59,801 bases of DNA from Thermoplasmata archaeon (GCA_035502055.1 DATJVB010000036.1:1-59801); one strand, 5' to 3'; positions 27,624-36,942 are shown, numbered from the stretch's first letter. Numbers and translations are program-made. The notes: generated from the sequence alone by a model not told the origin.

Positions 27624-29003
27624 ATGAACGCCCGCCCCGCGGAGCCGACGGCCGGCCCCGGGGGTCCGCCGGCGCGGAGGCCGTTCGGCGGCCTCCCCGC
27701 CGCGGCGTGGCGGGCCGTCGTTCTCGGTCTCCTCATCCGCGAGGGGTTCTCCTTCTGGACCGGACATCCGTACGACTTCGAGGTCTGGATCCGGACCGGC
27801 CACGCCGTCGCGGCCGGAACAAACCCGTACGCGTTCTGGCCGTCGATCCCGGGCGTCTCGATTTCGTACATCGGGGTTCCGCTTCCGTCGGCCGCGTACC
27901 TTCCGTTCTGGCCCCTCGTCACCGGCGGTCTCTACCGGCTCTGGGAGGCGGTCGGCGGCGGCAACCGGTTCGTCCTGTACTTCCTCCTCAAGCAGCCGCC
28001 GATCCTCGGCGACACGGCCACCGCGCTCCTCCTCTATCGGGCGGTCGTCGCGTGGCGGGGCGACGCCGCGACCGCGTTGCGGGCCGTCCGCGGCTGGTCG
28101 TTCTTCCCGTACGCGATCCTGATCGGGGCGGTGTGGGGCCAGTTCGACTCGCTCGTCGTCGCGTCGATCGTCGCCGGGCTGCTCGCCCGCCGCTCGTGGG
28201 GCCGCGTCGCCTCGCACGGGTGGGGGATCTTCGTGAAGTGGGTGACCGCGATCTTCCTGCCGCTGGAAGCGTTCGCCGCCCGCGGCCTGCGTCGCGCGGA
28301 GTTCCTCCTCGGCCTCGCGATCCCCGCCGTCGCGACGGTCGCCGTGTTCGTCGTCTTCGGCTGGGGGTTCACCAACGTCGTCGCCGCCTCGACGTCGCAG
28401 AGCCGCGGCGGGGGCGGGGGGATGAACTGGGTCGGCGTCCTCACCTCGCCGCCGATCAACCCGTTCCTCGCGGCCCATCCGGCCGTCGGCTTCGCCCTTA
28501 GCTACCTCTGGGTCCCGGCGGTCCTCCTCGCGGGGTGGCTCGGGGCCCGGTGGATGGCGACGGGGCGTCCCGAGGCGGTGCTCCGGGCGATGATCCTCGT
28601 GACGCTCGCGTTCCTCCTGTTCCGCTGGGGCCTCTACGAGCAGTACATGCTCTACCTGTTCGTGCTCCTGTGGCTCGATATCCTCCTGTTCCATCCGGAC
28701 CGGGGGAGCCTGTGGCGCTGGACGAACGCCGTCGCGTGGGCGTACCTCCTCATCAACAACGACCTCGCCATCCGCTTCCTCTCCCCCCTGAGCCCGTCGG
28801 TCACTGCGTTCACGGACACGCTCGACGCGAGCCCGGCGTACGGGACCGTCCGAGTCTACGCCGGGATCGCGGTCGCGATCCTGATGACCGTCCTCCTGGC
28901 CCGTCTCGTCCTCGTCTACCTCCGGGACGAGCGGTCCGCCGACCCGTGGTGGCGGTTCGGCCGGCCCCGTCCTCCGACGACCCTCGCGACGGCCCCGGGG
29001 TGA
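27624..29003 (+). CDS. Polytopic membrane protein, GT-C-like glycosyltransferase (DUF2029/mannosyltransferase-like)
   Basis: 459 aa with at least 10 predicted TM helices and an early loop with acidic residues (HPYDFEVW). It sits in a GT cluster. There is no AglB WWDYG motif. Confidence 0.55.
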   Translation: MNARPAEPTAGPGGPPARRPFGGLPAAAWRAVVLGLLIREGFSFWTGHPYDFEVWIRTGHAVAAGTNPYAFWPSIPGVSISYIGVPLPSAAYLPFWPLVTGGLYRLWEAVGGGNRFVLYFLLKQPPILGDTATALLLYRAVVAWRGDAATALRAVRGWSFFPYAILIGAVWGQFDSLVVASIVAGLLARRSWGRVASHGWGIFVKWVTAIFLPLEAFAARGLRRAEFLLGLAIPAVATVAVFVVFGWGFTNVVAASTSQSRGGGGGMNWVGVLTSPPINPFLAAHPAVGFALSYLWVPAVLLAGWLGARWMATGRPEAVLRAMILVTLAFLLFRWGLYEQYMLYLFVLLWLDILLFHPDRGSLWRWTNAVAWAYLLINNDLAIRFLSPLSPSVTAFTDTLDASPAYGTVRVYAGIAVAILMTVLLARLVLVYLRDERSADPWWRFGRPRPPTTLATAPG

Positions 29004-29028
29004 GCGGGGTCCCCCGGGGGTTCCGGCG

Positions 29029-30174
29029 ATGCGTGTCCTCGAGCTGTCGCAGCGGTACCCCCCTGCCCTCGGCGGGGTCGAGGCGACGCTCGAGGAGCTC
29101 GCCCTCGGGCTCCGTCGGGCCGGCGTCGACGTGGGCGTCGTCACGACGGACGTCGAGCGGGACCGCCCGTTCACGCGCCGGACGTTCGACGACTCCCGCT
29201 CCCCCGTCCCGATCACGCGGGTCCGGGCGCACCGGCTCGCGCCGCTCCCGCTCGGGCTCGGCATCGTGGCGCCGGGGATGCTGTTCGCCGCCGCCGAGGC
29301 GGAGGCGGACCTCGTGCACGCCCACGCCTTCGGCTACGCCCCCACCTGGATCGGCGCCCTCCTCCGGCGCGCCCGCCGCCGACCGTTCGTCGTCACCCCC
29401 CACGCCGACCCTGGGCGAGGGCTCGCGTTCTCCCGGCTGTACCACCGGATGGTCGCCGGGTGGACCCTCGGTCCCGCCGACCGGGTCATCGTGCAGAGCG
29501 GGATCGAACGGGCCTTCCTCCTCGGTCTCGGGGTCCCGGAGGATCGGCTCGTCCGGATCCCGACGGGGATCTCGCTCGCGCCGTTCGCAGGAATGCCCGG
29601 CTCGGCCGGCGACGATCGCCTCCGTCTCCTCACGGTGGGGCGGCTCGACGTCGTGCAGAAGGGGCTCGCGACGCTCGTCGAGGCCCTGGCCCAGCTGCCG
29701 GCGAGCGTCCGCTGGGAGGCCCGGCTCCTCGGCGACGATTGGGGCGGCGCCGCGGTCCTGCGGGACCTCGCGGGCCGGCGCGGCGTCGGCGACCGCATCC
29801 GCATCGAGGGCCCCGCGACCCGGGCCGAGATCCTGGCGGCGTACCGGGACGCGGACGTGTTCGTCCTTCCTTCCCGGTTCGAATCGTTCCCGCGGTCCGT
29901 GCTGGAGGCGATGGCGGCGGGTCTCCCGATCGTCGCGACGCGGGTCGGCGGCGTCCCCGAGATCGTCGCCGAGGGGTCGAACGCGCTCCTCGTCCCGCCG
30001 GACGACCCCGGGGCGCTCGCTCGCGGCATGGCCGAGATCGCGTCGGACGCGGGCCGTCGCCGGGCGTTCGGGCGGGTCAGCCGGAGCCGCGCGTCCGAGT
30101 ACTCCTGGGAGAACCTCATCCCGAGGTACGTCGCCCTGTTCCAGGAACTCCTCGCCCGCGATCGGTCCCGGTGA
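29029..30174 (+). CDS. Glycosyltransferase family 4 (GT-B)
   Basis: 381 aa. MRVLELSQRYPPALGGVEATLEEL is the N-terminal Gly-rich loop. The sequence SRFESFPRSVLEAMAAGLPIVATRVGGVPEIV contains the E-x7-E motif. Confidence 0.9.
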   Translation: MRVLELSQRYPPALGGVEATLEELALGLRRAGVDVGVVTTDVERDRPFTRRTFDDSRSPVPITRVRAHRLAPLPLGLGIVAPGMLFAAAEAEADLVHAHAFGYAPTWIGALLRRARRRPFVVTPHADPGRGLAFSRLYHRMVAGWTLGPADRVIVQSGIERAFLLGLGVPEDRLVRIPTGISLAPFAGMPGSAGDDRLRLLTVGRLDVVQKGLATLVEALAQLPASVRWEARLLGDDWGGAAVLRDLAGRRGVGDRIRIEGPATRAEILAAYRDADVFVLPSRFESFPRSVLEAMAAGLPIVATRVGGVPEIVAEGSNALLVPPDDPGALARGMAEIASDAGRRRAFGRVSRSRASEYSWENLIPRYVALFQELLARDRSR

Positions 30175-30354
30175 AGCCTGCCGGCCCGACCGTCGAGGGG
30201 ACTGGCCTGTAGCGGCGGTTCGACCGGCGGTCGGAGACCCTCCTCCCCATCCTCGACCGGGGACCGACCGGGATCCCCGGTGGGCCGAACGAGGCCGGGC
30301 GAAGAGGGAGGGATCAGGGGGCGGAGTCCCCGCCGGGGCCCGACCGGCCCGCGG

Positions 30355-31761
30355 CTACGTCGGGGGCTTCTTCTGGGAGGGGAGCGGCGGAGGGACGTAC
30401 GTCCTGCCCGGGCCCGAGGAGGGATCGCCGCCGTGCCCCGCGCCGGTACCCGCGGCCGGCATCGGTCCGGGGATGAGGTTCTCCGGCGAGAAGGCGATCA
30501 GGAGCGCCCCCGCGTCCTCGCCCGTGTCGAACGGCGACGCGTACTCGGCCATCGGACGAGAGGCGTACATCGCGACCGTCATCCCCACGTTCGTCCCGAC
30601 GATGAGGAGGAGCGCGGGGAAGAACAGGATCGCGCTGTTCGGAATCGCGCGCAGGGAGACGATGAGGAGGACCGCCGAGGTGAGGCCCCGACCGTACATC
30701 GCGGCGAGGGGCGTCGCCCACGACTCCGGGAACGTCTTCGCGTCGGCGACCAGCCGGAACGCGCCGTACCGGACGAGGAGGAGCGCCACGACGACGAGCG
30801 CGATCGCCACGCCGGCCGCGAGGGACGGGAAGGCGAGCGTGACGAGGACCCCGATCATGACGAGGAAGAACGTCCGGAGCACGAAGGCGATCTCGACCTC
30901 GACGCGTCGCAGCTCGGCGGAGACCCGGAACGGGCGGGCCCGCCGGAGGAACCGGCGGACGATCACCTCGTTCCCGATCACGACGCCGAAGACGAGCGCC
31001 GCGACGATCCCCGACCCGCCGAGCCCCTGCGCGGCGGCGTACGCGACGAAGAGGAAGCCGAGGGTCGCGAGCGTCGCGAACGGACGGTCCTGCCAGCGGT
31101 ACAGGAACGGCAGCCACGCGAGCCCCGCGATCAGGCCGACCGCGATGCCGACCGGGAACGGGAGGATCAGCGCCGTCGTGACGTCGATCGCGAGGGCGCC
31201 GCCGACCGGGGTCACGAGGGCGAGGAGCGTCGTGACCATCACGATCGCGATGGCGTCCTCGAGGGCGGCGTCGAGCTGGAGGACCCCCCGGATGCCCCCC
31301 GGAAAGCCGAACCGCGCGGCGAGGGGGATGACGACCGCGCCGGACGTGCACCCGAGGGCCGCGCCGAACAGGATCGACAGGATCGGATGGCCCGGGAACA
31401 GCACGAGGGCGCCGACGAGGGAGAGGACGGCCGTGCTCGCGAAGTAGCAGAGCGCGGAGGAGAGGATCGCCGACCGGGCGAGCGGCCGGAGGAGGAAGAG
31501 ATCGAGGTCGATGCCGGCGTCGAAGAGGATGAGGACGAGCGCGGCCGTCCCGAGGACGGGAGCGAGCAGGAGGAGGTCGGACTCGGGGAGGAGCCCGAGG
31601 ACCGGTCCGGCGAGGATGCCGAGGGCGATGAGCCAGAGGACATCGGGGATCCGGAACCGGTTCGCGAGCCAGTCCGCCCCGAACCCGACGAGCAGGGTGA
31701 CGCCGAGGAGAAGGAGGAGGATCGAGGTGCTCCCGAGGGTGAAGAGCGTCACGGGCCCCAT
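30355..31761 (-). CDS. Cation:proton antiporter (Na+/H+ exchanger, CPA1/NhaP-like)
   Basis: 468 aa with about 12 TM helices. It has the N-terminal FRIPDVLWLIALGILAGP and an LFDAGIDLD motif, plus a soluble C-terminal tail. Confidence 0.85.
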   Translation of the reverse strand: MGPVTLFTLGSTSILLLLLGVTLLVGFGADWLANRFRIPDVLWLIALGILAGPVLGLLPESDLLLLAPVLGTAALVLILFDAGIDLDLFLLRPLARSAILSSALCYFASTAVLSLVGALVLFPGHPILSILFGAALGCTSGAVVIPLAARFGFPGGIRGVLQLDAALEDAIAIVMVTTLLALVTPVGGALAIDVTTALILPFPVGIAVGLIAGLAWLPFLYRWQDRPFATLATLGFLFVAYAAAQGLGGSGIVAALVFGVVIGNEVIVRRFLRRARPFRVSAELRRVEVEIAFVLRTFFLVMIGVLVTLAFPSLAAGVAIALVVVALLLVRYGAFRLVADAKTFPESWATPLAAMYGRGLTSAVLLIVSLRAIPNSAILFFPALLLIVGTNVGMTVAMYASRPMAEYASPFDTGEDAGALLIAFSPENLIPGPMPAAGTGAGHGGDPSSGPGRTYVPPPLPSQKKPPT

Positions 31762-32021
31762 CCCGCGCCGACCGCAAGGTCGCCCATGTCAGGCCCCCGT
31801 TCGCGCGATGGCCCTCCGGGGAGCCGTGTGGGGAGATAAACCGGTGGCCGCTCGAGACGATCCGGCCGGCGGCGTCACGGGTCGCGGGGGTTAGGCTCTA
31901 TCCCTCGCGCCGGGGCGTCCCGCCGGGGTCCCTTTCCCGGCGGGCCCGGGCCATCGCGAAGCGACCCTCCACGGTACCCGGCGAGCGGCGAGGGGCGGCG
32001 GCGACGGGCGTTGGACGTGCG

Positions 32022-32028
32022 TATATAT
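32022..32028 (+). promoter_or_regulatory. TATATAT box upstream of the processive GT2 gene
   Basis: An isolated perfect A/T heptamer about 105 nt upstream of the ATG at 32133. That ATG has a GGGGAGG Shine-Dalgarno-like element 5 nt upstream, implying a leadered mRNA. Confidence 0.35.
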
Positions 32029-32132
32029 GGGGTCTCGCCGCGTCGCGCCGGCACCGGCGGGCCGGGTTCGGGCCTCCCGAACGTCCGGGCGACTTCGACC
32101 GGGCCGCCGTCGGTCAGCAAGAGGGGAGGCGC

Positions 32133-34379
32133 ATGCTCGACGGACCGTGGGCCAGCTGGGTCGCGTGGCTCACCGTCTCGGTCGCGCTCACCTGGCTCGT
32201 GGCGGGGATCGTCCTCCTCGTCGTCGGATGGCTCTCGCTCCCGCGCCGGAAGGATCCGAACGCTCCGGCGGCCGGGTCCCGGGGCGGGGGGCGGGGCGTC
32301 CGGATCGCCGGCGGGATCGTCGCGGCCGTCGGCGCGGTGGCGGCCGCTTCGTACCTGCTGGCCCACGGGGCGCCGTGGGAATCCCAGCTTCTCGGGCTGC
32401 CGGTCGTCTCCGTCGGCGGAACCCTCCTCGGGGACCTGTGGGCGGGGTTCGGGTGGCTCGGGGCGGGACTCGCGACCTCCCCGTCCTGGCTTCCCCGGAT
32501 CGTCGGCCAGTTCTTCGCCGCCGTCGACGCGCGCGTCTCCTGGCTCGGCGGCGAGCTTCGCGGCGCGGTCGGGTGGATCACCGCCCGGGCCGACCCGGTC
32601 GTCGCCCCGGCATCGAACGCCGCGTGGGCGGGGATGCTCGGCCTCTTCTGGGGGACGTACGGGACCCTCAACCTGTTCGCCCTCGCGACCGCCGTCGCCG
32701 TCGGCGCGTTCGCCGGATGGATGAGCGGCTCGTCGCGGTGGAAGTTCTCCGGGATCGTCACGTACCTCGGCCTCGATCTGCTCGCCCTCGGCCTCATAGC
32801 ACTCTCGCTCCTCGTGGTCGAGACGTCCCGGAGTCTCTGGGTGGACGCGCTCGGCCTCTGGCTCGTCGGCGTCGAGCTGTTCGGCTTCCTCCTGTTCCTC
32901 GCGTACCAGTTCTACACCCTCGAGTACATCGCCGGCCAGGGACCGCGCCCGGACGCGGTCCCGGCGCCGATCGACGACCGGTGGACGCCGTTCGTCCTGG
33001 TCCAGGTGGCGTCGTTCAACGAGCCCGTCGAGATCGTCGCGCGCTGCCTCGCCTCGGTCGCGCGCCTCGATTACCCGCGCGACCGGTTCGCAGTCCAGCT
33101 CCTCGACGATTCGACGGACCGCGGGACCGTCGCCGAGCTCGAGGCGCTCTGTCAACGACTGGGGGTCGCGTTCCTCCACCGGACCCATCGGCGCGGCTTC
33201 AAGGGCGGGGCCCTCAACGACGGTCTCGCAGCGTTCCCCGGCCGCCCCGACCTCATCGCGATCGTCGACTCTGACTACGTCGTGACCCCGGCGTTCCTTC
33301 GCACCGCGGTCCCGCCGTTCCGCGCGCCGGCCGTCGGGTTCGTCCAGACCCCCCAGGCGTACCGGAACGCGCAGCGGAGCGCGTTCGCCCGCTGGTACGC
33401 GCTGGCGGACGCGTACTTCTACCGCGTCGTCCAGCCGGTGCGCGCGCGCGTCCAATCCCTCATCTTCTGCGGGACGATGGGACTCGTGCGACGGTCGGCC
33501 CTCCGGAGCGCCGGCGGATGGTCGGAGACGTGCGTCACGGAGGACGCGGAGCTCTCGCTCCGGCTGCTCGCCCTTGGTTGGAAGGGGGTCTACCTGCCCA
33601 CGACCGTCGGGTGGGGGCTCGCGCCGGATCTCATGAGCGCGGTCCGGTCCCAGCACCGCCGGTGGGCGTTCGGCGGGCTCCAGATGCTCCGCTCCGGCCG
33701 GACCGACCTGCGCCGGGCGCGCCTCACGCTCCGCCAGCGGATCGACTTCCGCATGGGGGGCCTCTTCTGGGTCGACGGCCTCTTCCTCCTCGGGGTGACG
33801 AGCGCCCTCGCGGCGCTCATGCTCGCGACGTGGTTCGGCGTCACCCTGCGGCTGAGCTCGATCGGGGCCCTCACGCTCCTCGCGCTCGCCCCGTTCCTCC
33901 TCATGCTCGACGGGATCGTGAAGCTCCGCGTCGCGCTCCGCACCACCACGCGCGTCTCGTATCGGGACGTCTTCGGAGTGATGGCGTTCTGGTACGCGAT
34001 CAAGCTCAACGACCTCCGCGCCGCCCTCCGGGGCTGGGCCGGCGCGCGCCTTCCGTTCGTGCGCACCCCGAAGACGTCCGGCCCGCGGCCCAGCCGGGCG
34101 AGCGCGCTCCGGGCGGCCGCGGCCGGCTCGCCGCTCGAGACGGTCCTCGCTTCCGCGATGACCGGCCTCACCGTCGCGACGGCTTACCGCTGGGGCCTCT
34201 TCGACGGCCGGTGGCCCTCGTTCGCGGGCGGCATCCTGCTCGGGTGGGGGGCCTACTACGCGGCCGCGTACTACTCGGCCCTCGGATTCGACTACTTCTC
34301 CCGCCGGACGACGCCCGCGGCGCCGCCTGCGCGCGCCCGAGCTCCGACAGGTCCCACGCCGGGCGCCGTGGGATCGTGA
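32133..34379 (+). CDS. Membrane-embedded processive family-2 glycosyltransferase (cellulose/chitin-synthase-like)
   Basis: 748 aa. An N-terminal multi-TM region precedes a GT-A core with LLDDSTD, IVDSDYV, VQTPQAY, TEDAELSLRL and the Q-x-x-R-W motif (QHRRW). Further TM helices follow. Confidence 0.85.
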   Translation: MLDGPWASWVAWLTVSVALTWLVAGIVLLVVGWLSLPRRKDPNAPAAGSRGGGRGVRIAGGIVAAVGAVAAASYLLAHGAPWESQLLGLPVVSVGGTLLGDLWAGFGWLGAGLATSPSWLPRIVGQFFAAVDARVSWLGGELRGAVGWITARADPVVAPASNAAWAGMLGLFWGTYGTLNLFALATAVAVGAFAGWMSGSSRWKFSGIVTYLGLDLLALGLIALSLLVVETSRSLWVDALGLWLVGVELFGFLLFLAYQFYTLEYIAGQGPRPDAVPAPIDDRWTPFVLVQVASFNEPVEIVARCLASVARLDYPRDRFAVQLLDDSTDRGTVAELEALCQRLGVAFLHRTHRRGFKGGALNDGLAAFPGRPDLIAIVDSDYVVTPAFLRTAVPPFRAPAVGFVQTPQAYRNAQRSAFARWYALADAYFYRVVQPVRARVQSLIFCGTMGLVRRSALRSAGGWSETCVTEDAELSLRLLALGWKGVYLPTTVGWGLAPDLMSAVRSQHRRWAFGGLQMLRSGRTDLRRARLTLRQRIDFRMGGLFWVDGLFLLGVTSALAALMLATWFGVTLRLSSIGALTLLALAPFLLMLDGIVKLRVALRTTTRVSYRDVFGVMAFWYAIKLNDLRAALRGWAGARLPFVRTPKTSGPRPSRASALRAAAAGSPLETVLASAMTGLTVATAYRWGLFDGRWPSFAGGILLGWGAYYAAAYYSALGFDYFSRRTTPAAPPARARAPTGPTPGAVGS

Positions 34380-34430
34380 TCCCGTGCGGCGGTCGATGCC
34401 CGCTTCCCCCCGGCCACCGCGAGAGTGTGC

Positions 34431-34754
34431 TCACCGCCGGATCGGCGCGGAGGGGTCCGGATTCCCACCTCGGCCGACGGGACTTACCCATAGGCTGAGT
34501 TCGTCCCGGCTCCACAATCTCCCCGGCGGTCGGAACGCCCAACTCTCGAGGATCTGAATGAGGCCCTCGCGCTCACCCACTTGATCGATGTCACCGGAAA
34601 CGTACCAACCGCTCGTCTAGACCTCGATGGCCGAACCCCCAACAATCAGGATCGGCCGACCAAGCTCAGTTCCGAGAATCGCGCCAAACCACAGGGTCCT
34701 TTCTGCGCTGTTCCGTGCCTTACGGAGCGCAGACTCAAGATCGAGCGCGTTCAC
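34431..34754 (-). pseudogene. Possible remnant of a nucleotidyltransferase (AbiEii/MNT-like) toxin gene with an in-frame TAG
   Basis: Hand translation gives VNALDLESALRKARNSAERTLWFGAILGTELGRPILIVGGSAIEV*TSGWYVSGDIDQVGEREGLIQILESW.. The GG.A..x(n)..DID pattern resembles the NTase motif. It lies directly 3' of a wHTH gene (20-nt overlap). It is truncated at about 107 codons. Confidence 0.25.
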
Positions 34755-35226
34755 CGGACTTCCGGACCGAGGTCGGAGCACCGGCCCTCGCCAGCACCTG
34801 ATCCTTGCGTCGGCGGCGCCGGAGATCGGCCGCCGTGCGCCTCCGCCCTGGCTCGAACCTCGACAGGTCAATCGGATCGTCCGCGTTCCGGCGGATCGCG
34901 GCCACTGCCCGAAGCTCGCGGCCGCGCGCGCTCGAGACGAGGTCCTCGGACCACGTTACCCGCATGCGCGCTCGGAAGAACCTTCGCAGGTCGGCCTCCC
35001 GCAGTTGCCAGACCGTCGAGCCGTCCCTCCGGGTCGTCTTTGTGACCACGTCGCCCCTGAGAAGCCGCTTCAGTTCCCGGTACACGTTGGGGGGCCTCAT
35101 CTCCACAATCTTGGCGACTCGGTACGCGGTCAGCGGCGAGCTGGAATTGGCCAGGGCGGCGAGTGTGCGGACTCGATCCTCCGAGCCGAAGAGCGCGGCC
35201 AGGCCAGCGTCCACGGGCGTCGGCAT
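34735..35226 (-). CDS. Winged-helix (ArsR/MarR-like) DNA-binding protein, possible antitoxin/regulator
   Basis: ATG at 35226 lies in frame in track ORF 34735..35343. The sequence is MPTPVDAGLAALFGSEDRVRTLAALANSSSPLTAYRVAKIVEMRPPNVYRELKRLLRGDVV. An A/T-rich stretch lies immediately upstream. Confidence 0.6.
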   Translation of the reverse strand: MPTPVDAGLAALFGSEDRVRTLAALANSSSPLTAYRVAKIVEMRPPNVYRELKRLLRGDVVTKTTRRDGSTVWQLREADLRRFFRARMRVTWSEDLVSSARGRELRAVAAIRRNADDPIDLSRFEPGRRRTAADLRRRRRKDQVLARAGAPTSVRKSGERARS

Positions 35227-35354
35227 GTTCCGATAATAGTCAAATCGGCTAATAATGCTGTCTGGCCCGCTCGGACTCCGTCTCCCCCGGCCTCCTAGGC
35301 GCCACCGATGGGCCCGAGTGCTCGGGCCGGCCCGCCGCCCCACAAACGAATGAT

Positions 35355-35369
35355 TGCTCCCGGCAGGGA
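35355..35369 (-). repeat. Degenerate copy of the tRNA-Glu 3' end core (TGCTCCCGGCAGGGA on the plus strand)
   Basis: 13 of 15 identity (or one indel) to the core at 37806. Position verified against the codons of track ORF 35308..35577. Confidence 0.6.
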
Positions 35370-35573
35370 CTTCAGGAAGTTCGAATCCGATCGCGCTGCT
35401 GCGCCAGGCAGGGCGCGGTCCGGTAAGGTGAACAGGTACCCTCTCACGGTCGATCCACGCTTGATCGGAGTCGACCTGCTCTCCGCGGAGGGTGAATGCG
35501 ACATCCGGCGGGAGCCTTCGTCGGGGCAGTCGCCCGATTCAATGATAAATACCATGATAACCATTAGCAGGCG

Positions 35574-35804
35574 GTGAGCGCCAATCCGATGACCAGCATT
35601 CCGGTCCACGCGGACGTTCTCCGTCGTCTGCAGGATCGAAAGACCGGGGGCAAGACCTGGGACGAGTTCCTCCTCGATCTTGTCGAAGACTACGATCCGC
35701 CCGAATGGATCGATGAGATGGAACGGCGGAGGCGGAGTGGTCGGGACATTTCAGGGGCAGCCATCGAGCGGCTGCATTCGGAGTTGAAGCGGCAGGGCCG
35801 ATAG
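35574..35804 (+). CDS. Putative antitoxin of the adjacent RelE-like toxin
   Basis: 76 aa, ending 3 nt before the toxin start. It is a paralog of 37413..37628: compare SIPVHADVLRRLQDRKTGGKTWDEFLLDLVEDYDPPEWIDEMERR with TIQVRSSTRRLLETYRIGGKTYDDVVLDLMEENPPESFFREIERR. Confidence 0.6.
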   Translation: MSANPMTSIPVHADVLRRLQDRKTGGKTWDEFLLDLVEDYDPPEWIDEMERRRRSGRDISGAAIERLHSELKRQGR

Positions 35805-35807
35805 GCT

Positions 35808-36110
35808 GTGCCCGCCCGGTACCTCTTCCGCGGGAAGGCCAGGGACGAGTTCGTGGAACTCCCGGTGAAGGTCCGGGAAGAGTTCCTGTACGCGATACAC
35901 GGCCTGCTCTTCCAGCCGTTCCGGCCCGGCCCGGGCTACCGGGTGAAGGAGCTCCGCGAGGCGGCAGGGCTCTGGCGGCTCCGGCTAAGCGCGTACCCGG
36001 GCGTCCGGGCCTACTACAGCGTGGACGGGGACGTCCTCCGAGTGTACGGCTTCGGCCCCCGACGCGAGTTCTACGACAAGCTACGTGAGAAGGATCGACT
36101 GCAGCGATAG
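35808..36110 (+). CDS. relE: RelE/ParE-superfamily toxin (archaeal RelE-like)
   Basis: 100 aa. LREAAGLWRLRLSAYPGVRAYYSVDGDVLRVYGFGPRREFY matches the RelE core pattern (W/YR.R.G.YR..Y.V....v.v....pR...Y). Confidence 0.8.
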   Translation: MPARYLFRGKARDEFVELPVKVREEFLYAIHGLLFQPFRPGPGYRVKELREAAGLWRLRLSAYPGVRAYYSVDGDVLRVYGFGPRREFYDKLREKDRLQR

Positions 36111-36151
36111 ACCGGAGGAGACTGCGACCGGGCAGGCCCTGGGCTTCTCGT

Positions 36152-36189
36152 GAGAGTCCTCCAGCCGAGCTACCTGCTCCCGGCGGGAA
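36152..36189 (-). repeat. Cassette-boundary repeat: GAGAGTCCTCC box plus the TGCTCCCGGCGGGAA core (copy 2)
   Basis: The core at 36175..36189 is identical to the tRNA 3' end. The 11-nt box at 36152..36162 is identical to the one at 37028..37038. Positions verified with track ORF 36150..36473. Confidence 0.75.
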
Positions 36190-36311
36190 GCACACCCATT
36201 CGAGTCGGAAGCGAACCCATCGACTCCCGCGACGGCGGGCGGGGACTCTCCGGACGATCGCGGGTGGCGCGCCGAGAGGGTGCGAGCGCCGGGCGGCCCT
36301 TCCGGCCCAAC

Positions 36312-36728
36312 TCAGGATCGACCCGCCTTCCTCATCCGGTACGTGCGAATCGGAACGCCGTGTCCGATGTCCATCAGCAGCCGGTCGCCCGTGGCCAACG
36401 CCTCCGATCGTGCCAGGGCCATTCCCGCGAGCTGCGCGTCCACGGTTCCCAGCGCCCGTCCCGCCCGACGTAGGGTCGACTGAAGGGCACCTGCCGAGCG
36501 GGCGTCGGCCGCATCGAACTCCACGGCTTCGTAGGAGGTCTCGAGCAGCTCGAGCTGCTGGCGGTCGCGCGTTCGACCCCCGGCCCGGGAGGTGCCCACC
36601 CAGAGCTCAAAGAGCACGGGGGCGGGCAGTCGAAGCCGATCGCCCTCCGCGTCGATCGCCGCGGCCAGAGCCACGGCCTCGGGCTGGCCCTCCATCAGAT
36701 CGATGAGGAAGCTCGCGTCGAGCAGCAT
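36312..36728 (-). CDS. vapC: PIN-domain toxin VapC
   Basis: 138 aa. MLLDASFLIDLMEG (first acidic residue), PAPVLFELWVG and LATGDRLL are typical PIN/VapC motifs. Confidence 0.85.
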   Translation of the reverse strand: MLLDASFLIDLMEGQPEAVALAAAIDAEGDRLRLPAPVLFELWVGTSRAGGRTRDRQQLELLETSYEAVEFDAADARSAGALQSTLRRAGRALGTVDAQLAGMALARSEALATGDRLLMDIGHGVPIRTYRMRKAGRS

Positions 36729-36729
36729 C

Positions 36730-36942
36730 CTACCGGTCCAGACGTCGGCGCTCCGCTCGATCCTCTGCGACGGCGGCCCTCAGCGCGGCGGCGGCTTCAT
36801 GGCTCAAGACGCCGGCGAAATCCGAAAGTGGCTTCCGACGGGTCAGTCGGAGGACGACTTCGGAGAAGCTTTCGGCCTCTCCCTTCTGGGCCCGAAGTCG
36901 ACGATAGGCCTCGTCGGTTACGGTGATGGTCCGTACCGCCAT
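36730..36942 (-). CDS. vapB: VapB-type antitoxin (archaeal VapB/DUF217-like)
   Basis: 70 aa, ending 1 nt before the vapC start. MAVRTITVTDEAYRRLRAQKGEAESFSEVVLRL matches the archaeal VapB antitoxin pattern (KTI.V.DE.Y.RL...K...ESFS.VI.RL). Confidence 0.8.
   Translation of the reverse strand: MAVRTITVTDEAYRRLRAQKGEAESFSEVVLRLTRRKPLSDFAGVLSHEAAAALRAAVAEDRAERRRLDR

Noticed and set aside
26592-31447. Very long track ORFs (26592..29264 minus, 890 aa; 28535..31447 plus, 970 aa; 30280..31839 plus, 519 aa) that span several genes
   Set aside because: They are Arg/Pro/Gly/Asp-dominated low-complexity translations lying antisense or off-frame to genes with clear family motifs (GT2, GT-C-like, GT4, antiporter). 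This is typical stop-codon-poor artefact at very high GC.
34501-34536. Possible fifth, degenerate copy of the tRNA core (CTCCCCGGCGG / TCGTCCCGGC) marking the island's far end
   Set aside because: It has only about 8 of 11-13 matches in a GC-rich context, which is indistinguishable from chance by eye. The left boundary is therefore left uncertain.
34617-34619. In-frame TAG in the NTase-like remnant read as pyrrolysine
   Set aside because: No Pyl machinery or other TAG-containing genes are visible in the window. The frame is truncated and overlaps the wHTH gene, so a pseudogene is the simpler reading.
35380-35395. GTTCGAATCC string next to repeat copy 1
   Set aside because: No tRNA-like arms surround it, and TTCGAA is self-complementary, so its orientation is ambiguous. 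It is not called.
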